Shown in pieces: positions 37,831 to 50,834 of a stretch of DNA of 64,000 nt. This stretch comes from Dendrobates tinctorius (taxonomy: Eukaryota), in NCBI RefSeq assembly GCF_039654945.1, contig NW_027361676.1:41292001-41356000 (forward strand), in the 5' to 3' direction. The notes beneath the pieces were generated by a model. That model saw only the letters and a program-made list of their open reading frames with translations, was not told where the DNA came from and ran no database searches. The stretch's first letter is position 1. Each line of letters starts with the position of its first letter. The translations under genes were made by a program, and so were the position numbers.

Positions 37831-38820
37831 GCTGCACAAAGAACACCAACACACCTCGTGAAAGCAAGGTGAGAAATGTACAGAATGTAGGCAGCCACCT
37901 GTTTCTGAGTGTCTAAATAGGGTGCAGGCTAATGATTTAAATTGTTTGCAGGCCTCAAAACCGTTAAATGTCCATTTTGCAAGGCTGCGAGAAACTCTCG
38001 CCATACGGATTGCATACGGATTGCATACGGAGACATACATGCGCAAAATACGCGACCTCACCTTGCTTACGGATGACCTACGGACCACTATTTAGTGGTC
38101 ATTGATCCGTATTACGCATGTAAAATACGGAGCGTATTTTGCGCAGGTTAGTGTGACTCCAGCCTTAATATAGGGCACACAAGTTTGCGCTTAGTGCTCA
38201 AATGGTGCGACTAACATTAAATTCTAAGCTATACTCCTGGTGACTGGAGAATAATGTAATTTATCACTAACTACTACATTGTTCAGTAAATGCAATATAA
38301 AGCTATTTTAGGATAATCGAAAAAGCAGTGCTAGTTGTGTGCTTCTTTGAAATGTCCAGGGGATCTGAACTTAGCAGCAAGACTGTAGAACCGACCAAGA
38401 AAAATAGACAGTGAAGCCAGTGCTTGTAGAGAAACACTTTTCAGCTACTGGAAGTTCATGGTGTCCCAGGTGAGACCTTGGAAGCTCAGGGCGGATATAC
38501 AATTTACTGTTTTTGGACAATATAATATTACTGGATAGTCGAGATATGGGTTTCATATGGGCTTAATGGTAAACTACTGTATAAAGACCACAGTATGTTC
38601 AGAGCTTTCTTGGAGCATTAAAATATACCTGGACAGTGCTCAACTATACTACTGTGTGTGCCGGAAGGGCTTCATTTGGTCAAGATACCAGTGGACTTTA
38701 TTCACACAGATACATGCAATGTGTCCTGCATGAGAACAGCTTCAAATGTGAAGCTGAAAGATCACATGTATCTGTGTGATATCATGATATTAGGGGCTGA
38801 CATGCCATATGTTCAACCTT

Positions 38821-39832
38821 TGTAAGGAGGTGGCAGAGAACCTCACATGCCTCCTCTCCCTTGGACGTTGTCTGCACGATTACAAGTGGCATTGTTCTTT
38901 AATGTGAAACGTAATGTTTATGTACTGTGATGTCATGTATTTGAAATGTATTGCGTATATGTTTAGGATTAGGGAATGAGTTAGCATAGAATAATAGCGG
39001 GGTTAAAATAGAGGGGGGCACATTAGAGAATAGGATAGATAATAGTGTCAGTTTAGGCACAGGCAGGAAGGGGTTAAGCAAATGGGAGGGGTCACAGTGC
39101 AGAGCAGCACAGAGCAGGGAGATATAGGACTGGCACTTCCTGATTAGAATAGGGACCCGGGCAGCCTGTCCAGGGCAGGTTATATGAGTAGTGGAGCAGA
39201 CAGTGGCTGGCTGTGGAGATGTCTTCTTTGAAAGTAAGGGGCCCCAAGTGGAGAACAGTGCAGTCAGGCAACAGCTCAACAGGACCATCCTCAAGAAGGA
39301 TCCAGGGTCTAAGACCAGGCGGAAGCAACCGAGATGGCATTCCCGGCACCTTTCTCAATTGGAACCAGACGAGGGGCTGACAGGTAGCTGGTGACGTGGA
39401 AGGCACAGATGGAACATGGACTGTCCAAAGAGATTGCCCGGATGGCAAGGAAAATTAAGGCACGGACAGAACAGAGTCTGGCTAGAAGTATGGTCGTGAA
39501 CGCCGGGAGGAAAGAAAGAGAGATTACAGAAGGAATACAGTCTGCCCAGAAGGAAGTTCAGGATACATGGCTCTGTGTGAATTGTGCTGCCAAGCTGATG
39601 AGTGCCGTTTCGATAAGTAAAGTTGAACTGTTGGAAAAAGACTGACTCTGGAGTGTTTTGTGGAACTGGGAAAACAGAAGCCGGAGTGGCAGAACTGGAA
39701 GGAATCCTGACAGTAACCGTGAGTGTTCTGCTGCACGCACTGCACATGTAGCAAAAAGGACACTGTATTTCATTTGTGGAGTGCCAGGGTGTGGGGGCTC
39801 ATTGCCACGACTACCACCGTGGCCGCCTTACA
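38821..39832. mobile_element. Solo LTR (Gypsy/ERV-type), 1,012 bp
   Basis: TGTAAGG...CCTTACA termini with a 4-bp TSD CCTT (38817-38820, 39833-39836). Confidence 0.85.
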
Positions 39833-40197
39833 CCTTCACAGCTGTGCAGTAGGCTTAGTTGGTAGTGGGCCCTCTGCACCCAAAAAGCAGCTTATTACTG
39901 TCTATAAGATTACATGTAAGGGACTGAACAAGGAGTTTCATGATCTGTATTTCCAAACTTTGCCGGTTAAGACTTTATGAAATGGGTCGACCACTTTGGA
40001 TAATTCCTACCTGATGGAAGGGTCCATTAGAAGTCAGCTTATTGTCAAAGTGCCCCCCCAAGCTGGTACAAATCACCAACGGATATTATCTGTGGGGTCA
40101 CTATAACGGCATTTACATGGAGTGTAAATGGGCTACCGATCACCCTATGTACAAGCAAAATGCTCGTTAATGGGGTGAAATGATCTATGCACACTAA

Positions 40198-40555
40198 GGC
40201 TATGTGCACACACTGTGGAATCACCTGCGAGTTTTTCCCCGCAGAACCGCAGGTAAAACCGCAGGTAAAATGACCTGCGGTTTTGCTGCGGTTTGGCCTG
40301 CGCTTTTGCCCTGCTGTTTCACACCTCTACTATGTTAAAGGTGTGAAACCGCAGCGGAATCCGCAGAAACAATTGACATGCTGTGGTTTATAAACTGCAG
40401 CAAATCCGCGCGGAAAAAACCGCAGCGTGAGCACTGTGGTTTTGAAAACCCATAGGGTTACATGGTACTTTACCATGTCTGCGGAACTGATGCGGTTCCG
40501 CAGGGCCAAAACCGCAGCGGAACCGCAGCAAAAACCGCAGCGTGTGCACACAGCC
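40198..40555. mobile_element. Harbinger-type MITE
   Basis: TAA|GGCTATGTGCACAC...GTGTGCACACAGCC; same family as 23407-23763. Confidence 0.85.
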
Positions 40556-40614
40556 TCTATTACAGATCACTCAATGCATATTACTTACCATGGCCTGCCT
40601 GTGCAAAAGGCTAT

Positions 40615-41255
40615 GGCTGGAGTCACACTAACCTGCGCAAAATACGGTCAGTATTTTACATGCGTAATACGGATGACAGACCCCTAAACAGTGCTCCGTA
40701 TGTCATCCGTAATCAAGGTGTGGTTGCGTATTTTGCGCATGTCAGCATCCGTATGTATTCCGTATGGCATCCGTATGGTGAGATTTTCTCGCATTCTTGC
40801 AAAATGGACATATAATGGAGCCCTATGACAGTTTTAATAAAGAAATGAAAGAATAGATATAGACACATAGAATGCATATATATATATATATATATGTATT
40901 CTATGTGTCTATATCTATTCTTTCATTTCTTTATTAAACCTGTCAGTGTGAGTTTACTGTATCGCGCACTGAATTGCCGGCTTTGCTAAAAGACACCTGG
41001 TGTGTATTTCTCGCAAGTCACACGTGTGGTCTGTGTGTAATCCGTATTTTTTGCGCACCCATAGACTTGCATTGGCGTACTACGGGCGTATTACGCTGAC
41101 AATCGCAGCATGCTGCGAGTGGCACGGAGCGTAGGATACTGAGGAGAAATATACGCCTGGTGCGAGTGACCCCATAGAGAATCATTGGTCCGTGTCTAAT
41201 GCGTGCTTTTTGCGCCTCTCACGCACCCGTATTCCTCGCCAGTGTGACTCCGGCC
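40615..41255 (-). mobile_element. Non-autonomous derivative of the Harbinger at 33240-38164, inverted orientation
   Basis: The reverse complement of ~40995-41255 matches 33240-33500 almost exactly; 40615-40815 matches the right end 37965-38164 with more mismatches; the middle is a short (TA)n-centred palindrome. Confidence 0.93.
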
Positions 41256-41258
41256 TTA

Positions 41259-42155
41259 CAGGAAAAAATGGACCATACATTTTGCTGTGCCATTTCTCCT
41301 GAGCATGCTGATACCCCATATGTGAGGGGAAATCTACTGTTTGGGCACAAGGCAGGGCTTGGAAGGGAAGGAACGCCATTTGACTTTTTGAATGTAAAAT
41401 ATGCTGGAAAAATTAGCAGTTGCCATGTCACATTTGGAAAGCCCCTGATGTGCCTATACAGTGGAAACCCCCCACAAGTGACACCATTTTGCAAACTAGA
41501 TCCCTTAGGGAACTTATCTAGATGTGTATTGAGCACCTTGAACCCACAGGTGTTTCACAGAAGTTTATAACGTAGAGCTGTGGAAATAAAAAAATCAAAT
41601 TGTTCACAAATAAATCTTTTAGCTCCAAATTTTGCCTTTACATAAGGGTAAAAGGAGAATTTGCGCAATACAATTTGTTGTGCAATTTCTCCTGAGTACT
41701 CCGATACCCATTATGTGGAGTAAAACAACTGTTTGGATGCACAGCAGGGCTTGGAAGGGAAGGAACTCCATTTGACTTTTGGAATACAAAAATTGATTGA
41801 ATAATTAGTGAAAGCCATGTCACATTTGGAGAGCCCCTGATGTGCCTAAACAGTGGAAACCCCTCACAAGTGACACCATTTTGGAAATTAGGCCCCTTTA
41901 GAACTTATCTAGATGTGTATTGAGCATCTGGAACCCACAGGTGCTTCACAAAAGTTTATAGCGTAGAGCCATGGAAATAAAAAAAAAAAATCACATTTTT
42001 TCCAAATAAATCTTTTTTAGCTCCATATTTTCCATTTTCATAATGGTAGTAGGATAAATTGCTCTATACAATTTGTTGTGCAATTTCTACTGAGTACGCC
42101 GATACCCCATATGTGGGGGAATACTACTGTTTGGGTGCCTGTCAGGGCTTGGAAT
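41259..42155 (+). mobile_element. piggyBac-like element, continuation of 32590-33236, with ~380-400-bp internal tandem units
   Basis: Resumes caggaaaaaatgg...tttctcctgagcatgc as in the uninterrupted copy (50762-50820); the unit repeats at ~41260, ~41650 and ~42050. Confidence 0.85.
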
Positions 42156-42750
42156 TTTGAATCAGTTTGGAATGTCAATGGAACCATCCTACGTAAAGTT
42201 GGAAGCAGAAGATCTGTTACCTAACAATGAGAAATACAGAAAGGCAATGGGGGAACTTCTACACATAGGAACTATGACTCGACTGGATATCGCAGCAAAG
42301 ATTGGAATTTTCTGCAGATATGTGGAAAAACCATGCCAAAAAGACTGGAATGCCGTTAAGTGAGTTTTTCGATATTTGAAAGAGGCTCAAGACATAAATT
42401 TAAGGATATCTGCAACTAGAGATCTAAAACTCACAGCCTAGCCTAATGCAGGCTGGACTCGTGACTAAAATGAACATAAATCGACAAGTGGTTATTTGTT
42501 CAAGCTTGGAGAAAGTTAAATTTCTTGGTCTAGCAGAAAACAGGTGTCTGTAACTTTATCATCTACAGAAGTAGAGTATGTGTCTGCAACCCACGCAAGT
42601 CAAGAGGTCATTTGTTTAAACCAATTGTTAGGCGTTCTTGGTAAGCCACCAACTCCTCCAACAGTATGAAGACATCCAAGGATGCATTAAACTTGCATGC
42701 AGTGAGAAGATCAATGTGAGAACAAAACACATTGACGTTAAACATCATCA
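42156..42750 (+). pseudogene. Ty1/copia pol fragment (RT C-terminus and RNase H)
   Basis: YRKAMGELLHIGTMTRLDIA, KSTSGYLFKLG, ISWSSRKQVSVTLSSTEVEYVS, RTKHIDVKHH; multiple stops. Confidence 0.92.
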
Positions 42751-42894
42751 GTAGGGGTGTTGGAATAATGCTTATTATTGTATATACTGCATCAACTACT
42801 AGTTACTACTGTTTAATAGTGCATGAGTTTCTGTCTCCATAGTGATATATTGCCAAAAATACATTGTTAAAAAAAAAAAATTCAGTAAGTTCAT

Positions 42895-43571
42895 TGTCAC
42901 GGGACTACTGCAACAGACAGGTGTCAGAAGACTGCAACTTTGAATATCCTGTACTCCTTCACTGATTAGAAGCACCTCTCCATCATAATAAATGGTGCAG
43001 GTTTCTTCTAGCAGTGCAGAGGGTAAACTATTCTGTTGAGAGCTTCTAGAGCTTTCCAGCGTTGATGGTCTTAGCTGTTCAGTGTTGGCCACTCTTCCCT
43101 CCTATATATACTCGCTTCTGGCTATAAGGGATGTCAGTGTTAGTTTTTTGCCTCCTGGCTCTAGAGCTGGACTAGATGCTTGTTTGAGGAGGCATTTGGA
43201 GTGCTTATCTGAAAACCGTTGCTTGTTATTCAGTTGTTTGCATTTCCTCATCCTCTCCTACTTGTTTTTTTCTAACCTTTACTCTCCTGTTTTCCATTCT
43301 GTTGTTTGTGAGTGCATGTTAGTGTGATTGGTATTTTCCTTTATCCCAGTACCTATTCCCTTGTTAGTCTGGTTTGTGTATTTTCATATGCTACTACTAC
43401 CCACTTCTCTGGGTCTGGGAGAGAACAGATTAGGGGCGGATTCAGGATCACAGCAAGGTACGTGGCCCTGGCATCTTGACCATTAGAAGTAATCTGGGGA
43501 GCAGGGATAGCTAGGGCACCCATAGCGCTAAGGACAAGGAAGGAGCCCCTGGTCCCGGGATATCCACAACA
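42895..43571 (+). mobile_element. Probable LTR fragment
   Basis: Starts TGTCACGG, has a TATA-like cctatatata at ~43101, ends ...CAACA; no TSD confirmed. Confidence 0.5.
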
Positions 43572-43949
43572 TTCCTGTTTACTTTCACTTTGCTGAAGCT
43601 CAGCTTTTACTTTCACTTTGCAAGCTGACAGTTAAGATGTTAAGATCCTAATCTGCAAGAAATGCCAGTTGTAAGCTGTGTTATCTTTGTTCTAGAATAA
43701 ATTTATATTCACTGTTGAATGGCTGGACAGTACAGAGATTAATCCGCTGCCAACAACCAGAAATGTTATTTTATTTGTATTGCACCAACATCTTATATCG
43801 CAGTGCTATACCGAGGTTGCCATCAATTACATGGGGCCCTCTCACCATCAATTCCTATAACATGAATTCTAAATTAATAGGTGTAGTGAAAATACAGTAT
43901 GTATTCGTAGGCAATGTATGGCCAGCATTCAACTAGCATCTGTCCTTAG

Positions 43950-44777
43950 GCGGCAGGTCTCACAAAGGTGATGGCATATCTTATCCTGAAAAAAGGTAGT
44001 TTTAAACCCCAGAAGTCCTTCCTGAGAGCACACGGAATTGGAGACATTTGACACCTTCTGGTGCCTGTGAAGGGAGATGCCAAATTGCAGCCTGATACTG
44101 TATATTTACTAATCAAAAGAAAGGTTACACAATGAGTGTTCAGAGGAAAATAATGTGTTCATTGGTAAAATAGCCATGGTCCAGTCACAAACCAGGAACT
44201 AGAATATTAACATGAGAGACTGGTCTAGAAATCTGATCTGCAGGCTAAACATATAAATTAGGCCCACACACAAAGAAAGTTGTTCACAGACTGAGGGACA
44301 GCCAAGCTGATGTGATCCATTTCATATTCATCCCTCCCTCAGGGAACAGAATACCAGACTTCAAGGTTTAGATATTTCTGTAAGTTTCTCCCTTTTATTT
44401 TTATAACCATTTTGCATATTTGTATGTCACTTTTTATTTCCATATCCTTTTATTGTAAGCACTGTACCTTTTCTATTAAAGCTTAAAACTTTAATAATAA
44501 GTTTGAACCTTGTATACTCTAAAAGAATCTATAGTCTTAGAGTGTGTAACCCTGCTGATTGGCAGACAGTAGTAGTAGTACTTCCAGGACTCATCGCCCG
44601 TGTGTTCGGTGAGTGTTGGCAGCGTGTATGAGCGAGGTGTGTGTGCTGTGTCGGGGTGTGATTTATGCGCCTATTGCAGCATAGGACAGAGGTTGAATTC
44701 TGGACTGAGTGAGAGGAGATAGATTAACCCTTGCAGGCGCAACCCCAAGTCACGTCCAGAGAAGCGGGTACGTGACA
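43950..44777 (+). mobile_element. Probable 5'-truncated LTR
   Basis: TATAAA at ~44252, ATTAAA at ~44475, ends ...CGTGACA; left boundary not found. Confidence 0.45.
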
Positions 44778-45315
44778 ATAGGGTTCATAAAAGGCTAAAA
44801 TTATAAATGTGATTTTAGAAACAAGCAGAATTGCCATTTAGTTATTAAAAATACTTTCTGTTTGCAAGATTGGTGGGATTTTTAATGTTATAGTTTACTG
44901 CTTGTTGCCTAGTTTCCAACCACCTGTGAATGGACAGTTTTCTAGGCAAGGAGCATCAGCTTGTATTCTACATCTTGCGGCCAGCCTAAGTGCCCCTGTG
45001 CTTCTCCCATGTTTCAGAAACAAAGCTGGCATTGCTTGCAACTTTGGAGGGTGCACAGTTTGAGCCACCAGATCAATTATCATGCTTGCCAAACAATCAA
45101 TGTTCAGGAGCTCATTTCCTCACCCCCATCACTTGTAAACAAGCTGGGAGGCAGAGAAGGCTAGGAAGTAGAGGAGCGGAGCCCACCTGAAGAACAACCA
45201 CAAGACAACCCTTTTAGTCTATAAGCATAGATGTAAATACTTATGTCCACCAAAAAATTGAGAAAAGTATTCAAAGAGTGATACCTTTATTGGCTAATCA
45301 GAGAAATTATATTTG

Positions 45316-45358
45316 CAAGCAAGCTTTCAGGGCTCAGAAGGCCCCTTCATCAGGCTAG
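45316..45358 (-). ncRNA. Minimal type I hammerhead ribozyme motif (Penelope-like element type)
   Basis: Minus strand CTAGC-CTGATGA-AGGGGC CTTCTGA GCCCT-GAAA-GCTT-GCTTG: intact CUGAUGA/GAAA core, stem II, palindromic AAGCUU stem III, short stem I AGC/GCU. Confidence 0.7.
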
Positions 45359-45545
45359 ATTACAAGTCTATAAGCATGGATGTTCTTTGCTGTGGGAGGA
45401 AATCTGAGTGTGCTCACAGAGGGGGAGCTCACAAACGCCATGCCAAAGTCATTGATCTGATTTAAAACCAGAATCCCAGCTCTCTAAAGCAACATTGCTA
45501 AACACTGAGTCACTGTGTTGCTTGCCGATCATTCATCACACTTAA

Positions 45546-45680
45546 AGGCGTTATCCACTATTGTGACAATCCCTTCTTAAATACTGACATCACTATAGTG
45601 ATGCAGGTGCGGAAGGTGAATATCTGTTGTTTTTACTTTACACTGGGGAGTACAGGTTCTCCAACTAGTGAATAACCCCT
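45546..45680. mobile_element. T2/Kolobok-like MITE, 135 bp
   Basis: TTAA|AGGCGTTATCCACTA...TAGTGAATAACCCCT|TTAA. Confidence 0.8.
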
Positions 45681-46021
45681 TTAATTTTTACCCAGGGGCT
45701 AAGTATTGATATTGCAGATGTTGCAATTACACCACAGGGACTCAAATGGCCACTCCATGACATAAAGAGTATTGCAGCAGCTAATGTTGGGAGAGAATAG
45801 GACCTGGCCCCATGAATTTCAGCTGCCGATCTTCTTATTCTCTCTGGATACCATCCGAGGCTAGAGCTCCTGTGTATGGAATCAGGAGATATAACCATCT
45901 GCTGAACAATCATATGTCATAGGGTTAATTATCTGTGTCCTGTCTGTGATCACGTCATTATCTCTGTACTGTGACATCACTACCGGCTTTTAGTAGTATT
46001 CTTTTTTTATTATATATGCTA

Positions 46022-46118
46022 TCATAGAATGTTAGAGTTGGAAGGGACCTCCAGGGTAATCATGTCCTACCCCCGCTCAGTGCAGGATTCTCTAAACCAT
46101 CTCAGACAGATGTTTGCC
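46022..46118 (-). mobile_element. CR1 LINE 3' end fragment
   Basis: tcatagaatgttagagttggaagggacct... matches the CR1 3' end at 51922-52030. Confidence 0.8.
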
Positions 46119-49100
46119 CATGACATCACCGCTATGACATCTCTGTGCTTCATCTTCCTGTTCGGTGACATCACTGCTAGATAAACAAATCCACAAAGTT
46201 TTATTCTCACCATTTTGAGCCCGGGACTGTGTTGATCCTGGTGTTTAGTGTAATGTAATGGTTGAGACGGCTGCTACCTCTTATTTCCTAAGCAAGTGAG
46301 GACAACCAGGGCCAGAAGTGAAGCAGTGAAAAAGATCATTCAACTATAAAGAAAGCAATTGATTAACTGCACTGAGCTTCAATTCATGAGACACAGTCCA
46401 GAACAATAAAACACCAGAGTTGTAAGTGACTACCACAACCGGCACCAAAATCTCACTGGTGAGTGTTGTCAGACATAATGCTCTTGGAGGCGTCCTTAGT
46501 TACACAGCCAAATAAGAGAAGTAGAGAAGTGGAGATGGCTTCTTATACACACCGCAGTCTACTTTTTTAATTTAAGTCTTTTCAAAATGCCAATTACTAA
46601 TTTTGGACCTTGAAGACCTAACGCAAACAGCGACTGTTATATATGCTTCATTTCTTGGGAAGTGACAAATGCTCGATGTTTAGTATCACAAAAAGGTTAA
46701 TTCTACCAGATGAGGCTTACGTTAGACACTAAATAGACGGAGAAATAAAGGAGGTTATTTGGCCGGGGGCCTCCCAGGACAGGCCAGATGGATGGCAAAT
46801 TTATTAGTGCTGGGAATGAACGAGGTTACATGGAATGAAACGAAACAATGAAATAACCCATCTGTGCATTTGCTCTTAATGAAAGCAGAAATTGCAGAAT
46901 AATTGGCCCTGACCCATATGCTGTCCCATAACATGTAATGGGTGTCATTATTTTGGCTCCAGATTTACTATTAAATGAGAGAAAACGCCTGTTAAAGAAC
47001 AGTCAGACAGCATGGGGCGCTTCAGAGAATTTATTACGTTATTGCCTTTTGTATGGAGGAGAAAACTGCATTTATACTATTGAAATACACAGTTTATAGA
47101 ATTAAAACTGCAATCAAAATGTCATGTGAAAAATGTACTGAAATATTAACGGTAAGAGACAGGTATCAATTGTTAGAATAACATTTTTATATAGACTCCA
47201 TCATGTAATATTTTCTACCAGGTCCACTTATGCATTGTTGGGGAGTTTTTTTTTATTTCAATATATTTAATCCTAAAAAATTGGATTTCCTAATACCAAT
47301 ATCAATCATCCATTTACAAAGGCCACGTGGGTTTTTCTTTATTTATGTGTCTCCAGAACAACACAGGCAGTTTTTTCACATTATTATGTTTACAGCTCTA
47401 TCTATCTATGTTCACATTGCTGTATGACAGCTTTTTTTTTTTTTTTGTGAGACTAGTTGTAGAATGACGCCATTCATTTTACCATTCAATGTACTGTAGA
47501 AAAAAAAGTATGGTGATATTAGGAGAAAAAATGCAATTCAGTCATGTTTGTTGTTTTTTTTGTTTTTTTTTATCGGCGTACATTCTGTGTTAAGAGTTAC
47601 TGTGAATCCTGATACTCCAGTGCAGTACAATTATGCTGATATCAAACCTATGTACATTTTATTTAAAGGGGTTTTCCCATGAATGAAGGACACTTTAATC
47701 AATAGATCTGTGAATAAAAATAAGTTTCTCAATTGGATATGTTAAAAAAAAAAAAAGACCTGTGCGTGGACTTTTATGAATGCGGCTATACGAAATATAT
47801 TTATCTTAATTTCTTTATTTTTAGTGAAGAAAAAGAACTGAATCCATTTAGTTGTGCCTTTTGCCGTTCACCTTTCACAAAAAGTATGTAAGTGTGATGG
47901 ATGGGTTTGTATAAATAACTTTTAGGCACCTGATTATTGTTGATCTGGTTGTGAAATATATTTATTATCTTAATTTCTTTTTTTTCAGTGGATAAAAAAG
48001 GAGTGACTTGAACAATTGTAGTATTTTTTACATTTTTATATATTTTTAATAATTCAGCTTTTTACATTTTTAGTCCTTTAGGCTACTTGAACCTGTGATT
48101 GTCCATTTGTATATATTATATACTGCAATACCACAGTATTGCAGCATGTAGTATAAAGCTCAGCCTCCTTTGAAGCTCAGTATATAGCTAAACTTTAGAG
48201 GAATACCATGATGGTGGTGATGCGGACCTTTAGCACGCCCCCCAGCTGTCATAGTAACCCATCACTTTCTTACACTTGCGGCTCAGGACCCTGATGAGAG
48301 CTGGTAAGCACAAGCAGCGGAGCACGTTCCATTTAAATGCCACTGTCAGAGGTTGACAAATTGCTAACTACCCGCCTATTCTTCTGTACAATGCTTTTTC
48401 TGTGATGTCAAGCCATCAGAGCAGTTCCTTCTCTTCCGCTCTGCTCTGCTGACTGGTCATTACTGCTGCAATCATATTGAGAGCCGGCTCCCCCCCGCCT
48501 AGCTAGCAATGCTTCCTGTTCTGTAACACTCAATGCTGGGTCAGCGCTATGTATACAGAGATGGAAAAGGTAAACATGGTAATAAACGATGTTAATCTTT
48601 TCTATACGGGGTCTGGCTGTGTCTGATAGTCGGTTCCCTTCCTCCGCAACTCTACAGTCTTCTGCCAGCTCCATACACTGTATTGACATTTTAGAACGTC
48701 AGTGCAGAGTAAAATGAGGACTGCCTGGATGGGTATAGTCCATGGGCAGTCCAGAAGTAGTGAAGCCCCATAGCCACAGCAACTCAATTCACAATACATT
48801 GGACTGCTTGTCTCGATGCATAGACTGGACCAATATCTTCTCCCTTGACTTGGAAATAGATGACGCTCTTAAGTAAGACTGAGCACTAGGGGGCTTTGAA
48901 TTCAGTATTATAGCCCAGCTTACATGCTTGGACCTTATAACACATAATGCTCTTACCCAGTTATATGTTCTCACCCATATAAATGCCACCATCTCAGTAA
49001 CATTGCTGCTGAGGCGGGCAGCAGCATCCGCTGCCATATTGTAGCGCTGCACAATTTGACTGTTCACTTTTTTTGAGCTGCCTTTCTTCCATTGAGAACA

Positions 49101-50118
49101 GATGTTTGGCAGCCTGTCTCTTCTACTTATCGTCCTCTCTTCAAGGAAAAACAAATGTGCACAAAGCGTTACTCTCCGAGCTTCTCCTATTCTCTATCTG
49201 GAGTGTTGTTAGGGTTGTATGTCTCGGAGTTTGCCAGTTGCCCCCACTGGAATGAACTCGCACAGCTGGAGGTAAAAGGACACAAACATTTTACAATTTT
49301 ATTGACCAAAGAAAAGCGGAGTACAATTCCAGAGTAAAGACGGAAAGTGAATAAAATAAAGGTTTACTGCCCATATCAGTTAGGATTTAATTAAGCCTCA
49401 GTTTCTCCTGTTTACATGCACGCAAATGTTGTTTAATTTATGAATAGTACAAAACATCAGAAAAATTGTAGGACATAAAACAAAAATAACAAAACAATAA
49501 GAAATTAATCAAAAATCACACTGTAAGCCACAGGTAAAAAAAAACCTTGATTTCTTTTTTTCTTTCACTGTCAGTAAAGGCTCATTCGGATGTCCAATTT
49601 TCATGGATAGCACTTGTACCTGTGATAGTCTGTAGGGCCATTCATGCACCAGTGATTTTTCACAGACTGAGAGGTCCGTGGAAAATATCGGAGACACGTT
49701 CGATTTCGATCTGGGGGTCGGATGAAAATCAGCAGTGCAAGTCAATCTGTTTGTGAAAAAATTGGACTGTCAGAATGGAGAAGATGGAGAATTTATTTAT
49801 TTATTTCTCAAGAAAAACACATGACACTCGGATCACGCTCTGGTCTAACTCTGTCCAAAGTCTGATTAGAATAATCAGTTCGTTTTTCTTGTACGTGAAA
49901 AAAATCAGACATATGAATGATCCCGAAGACAAAAAGAGGATATAAGGGAACTTTTTCCTTAATGTGAAACGCTGAGAAAAATGTTTTGCTAGTCAAAGTG
50001 AACCTTTAAGGGTTTAGGAAGATATCTAGACAGTTAAAGGGGTTTTCCCACAAACAAAATTAAATTTTAATCAATAGATTTTTAAATAATAATAATTTTC
50101 ACAATTGGATGTGTTTAA

Positions 50119-50832
50119 CCCCAAGGGTGGTTTGGATGTTAATGACCGGGCCAATTTTTACAATTTTGACCACTGTCCCTTTATGAGGTGATAACTCTGG
50201 AACGCTTCAAAGGATCTTGGCGATTCTGAGACTGTTTTTTCATGACATATTATACTTCACGTTAGTGGTAAAATTTCTTTGATATAACTTGCGTTTATTT
50301 GTGTAAAAAAACAGATTTGGTGAAAATTTAGCAATTTTCAAATTTTGAATTCTTATGCCTTTAAAACAGAGAAATATGTCACACAAAATAGTTAATAAAT
50401 AACATTTACCACATATCTACTTTACATCAGCATAATTTTGGAACCAAAATTTTTTTTCTTAGGAAGTTAGCAAGGTTAAAATTTGACTAGTGATTTCTCA
50501 TTTTTACAACAAAATTTACAAAACCATTTTTTAGGGACCACCTCGCTTTTGAAGTCACTTTGCGCGGTCTATAAGGCAGACAATACCCAAAAGTGACACC
50601 ATGCTAAAAACTACACCCCTCAAGCTGATCAAAACAACATTCAAGAAGTTTATTAACCCTTCAGGTGCTTCACAGGAATTAATGGAATGTGAAAAGAAAA
50701 AATGAACATTTAATATTTTTTCACTAAGTTGTCACTTTAGACTAAATTTTTTTTAATTTCACAAGGGTAACAGGAAAAAATTAACCCCAAAATTTATTAT
50801 ACAATTTCTCCTGAACATGCCAATACCCAATA
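50119..50832 (+). mobile_element. piggyBac-like non-autonomous element, left part
   Basis: TTAA|CCCC start; colinear with 32590-33236 and uninterrupted at caagggtaacaggaaaaaa. Confidence 0.85.
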
Positions 50833-50834
50833 TA

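Larger units (their letters stand above)
33240..38164. mobile_element. Autonomous-type PIF/Harbinger transposon, 4,925 bp
   Basis: TIR GGCCGGAGTCACACT...AGTGTGACTCCAGCC, flanked by TAA/TTA; two convergent genes (Myb/SANT-MADF and DDE nuclease), the canonical Harbinger gene pair. Confidence 0.96.

Noticed and set aside
33240-41255. Simple inversion by recombination between two inverted Harbinger copies
   Set aside because: Inversion would leave unrelated outer flanks, whereas here the outer flanks are two halves of one host repeat.
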